Assembly: GCF_001194135.2 (NCBI RefSeq)
Contig: NC_068983.1
Coordinates: 29,292,512 to 29,356,511 of the forward strand
DNA: 64,000 nt
Source of the DNA: Octopus bimaculoides
Taxonomy: Eukaryota
Reading direction: 5' to 3'
In this document: piece by piece, positions 62,748 through 64,000 of the stretch
Numbering within the stretch: position 1 is the first letter of the stretch
Layout: each line of letters starts with the position of its first letter
Position numbers and translations under genes: made by a program
The notes under the pieces: generated by a model
What the model was told of the DNA's origin: nothing
Databases searched by the model: none
The model's input: the letters and a program-made list of their open reading frames with translations, nothing else

Positions 62748-64000
62748 CTGGGGTTAAAAAAAATTAAAATAAAAGATTATATACGTACTCACACACACAC
62801 ACATAGACACATTACCTCATCATTTCGTATTTGTCCTGCTTTTATATGTTGATTCCCTGAAGATGAATATATGAGGAATTCCAGCAGCTCTTACTTCTTT
62901 GTAGAAGAGCTCTCATATATTTTGAAACATGTGTAGGAATTAAAGGAACTTCTATTTATATGCGTTTTGCTCCATTTATTATTATTATTATGTATATATA
63001 TATATATATATATNNNNNNNNNNNNNNNNNNNNNNNNNNNNNNNNNNNNNNNNNNNNNNNNNNNNNNNNNNNNNNNNNNNNNNNNNNNNNNNNNNNNNNN
63101 NNNNNNNNNNNNNNNNNNNNNNNNNNNNNNNNNNNNNNNNNNNNNNNNNNNNNNNNNNNNNNNNNNNNNNNNNNNNNNNNNNNNNNNNNNNNNNNNNNNN
63201 NNNNNNNNNNNNNNNNNNNNNNNNNNNNNNNNNNNNNNNNNNNNNNNNNNNNNNNNNNNNNNNNNNNNNNNNNNNNNNNNNNNNNNNNNNNNNNNNNNNN
63301 NNNNNNNNNNNNNNNNNNNNNNNNNNNNNNNNNNNNNNNNNNNNNNNNNNNNNNNNNNNNNNNNNNNNNNNNNNNNNNNNNNNNNNNNNNNNNNNNNNNN
63401 NNNNNNNNNNNNNNNNNNNNNNNNNNNNNNNNNNNNNNNNNNNNNNNNNNNNNNNNNNNNNNNNNNNNNNNNNNNNNNNNNNNNNNNNNNNNNNNNNNNN
63501 NNNNNNNNNNNNNNNNNNNNNNNNNNNNNNNNNNNNNNNNNNNNNNNNNNNNNNNNNNNNNNNNNNNNGTGTACGTGTGTATTTTGTATGTGCGCGTATA
63601 TATGGGTGTGTGTGTGTGCATGGTTTGGTGGTTTATCTGTTAGTGTGTTTGTGTGTGTGTATGACATAGTGGAAGAAATTAGTAGCAGGACTGGTTAGTG
63701 GACGCTATAGACAGTGTAGGTAGAAGGTCAACAGGTGGTTATTTGAGTGTGTGTGTGTTCGTGTTTGTGTGGGGTTGTAGGTGTTGGGTACGTGTACGTG
63801 TGTATTTTGTATGTGCGCGTATATATGGGTGTGTGTGTGTGTATATATGTGCGTTCGGCTATGTGTGTGTGATGGCGCGTATGTATGTTTGTCATGTATG
63901 TGGGCGGTATATATGTAAGGTGTGTGGGAGGTGTGTGTGTAGGTGTATGGGAGGTATGTGTGAATGGGGGTATGTATGGGTTGTCAGGTGTGTGGGAGGT

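Noticed and set aside
62816-62856. Exon-like segment (cttcag ... gag|gtaat) just upstream of the first visible receptor exon
   Set aside because: The only open frame ends in phase 0 while the next exon needs phase 2, and it lacks the expected G(R/Q)DAC motif; the true exon is probably in the gap or beyond the window.
63569-63840. ~50-nt direct duplication next to the last gap
   Set aside because: Low-complexity GT-rich contig end; likely assembly artefact.

Overview
AT-rich, microsatellite- and SINE-dense eukaryotic scaffold with 7 assembly gaps; the repeat families and intron style look like a cephalopod (Octopus-like) genome, which is inference. Two spliced protein-coding genes lie on the minus strand. 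(1) The 3' two-thirds of an insulin/IGF receptor (INSR/InR), ~30.3-62.7 kb. It has 16 visible exons with consistent splice phases, covering FnIII-1/2/3, alpha-CT, the RHRR furin site, TM, NPEY, the kinase and the C-tail; one kinase exon is almost entirely hidden in an N-gap. (2) An unidentified ~285-290 aa gene with a coiled-coil-like middle, ~0.85-20.5 kb. I rebuilt it by hand from ~11 short exons (one with a GC donor) that the ORF track misses. The rest is tRNA-derived SINEs, RTE/CR1/Penelope fragments, Tc1/mariner remnants and piggyBac-like and Merlin-like MITEs. Most notable: a fold-back tRNA-SINE carrying a minimal hammerhead ribozyme in each arm (24.9-25.3 kb), further hammerhead-like motifs in other repeat families, and two unusual changes around the receptor kinase alphaC helix (4-aa shorter beta3-alphaC loop; conserved Trp replaced by Thr).
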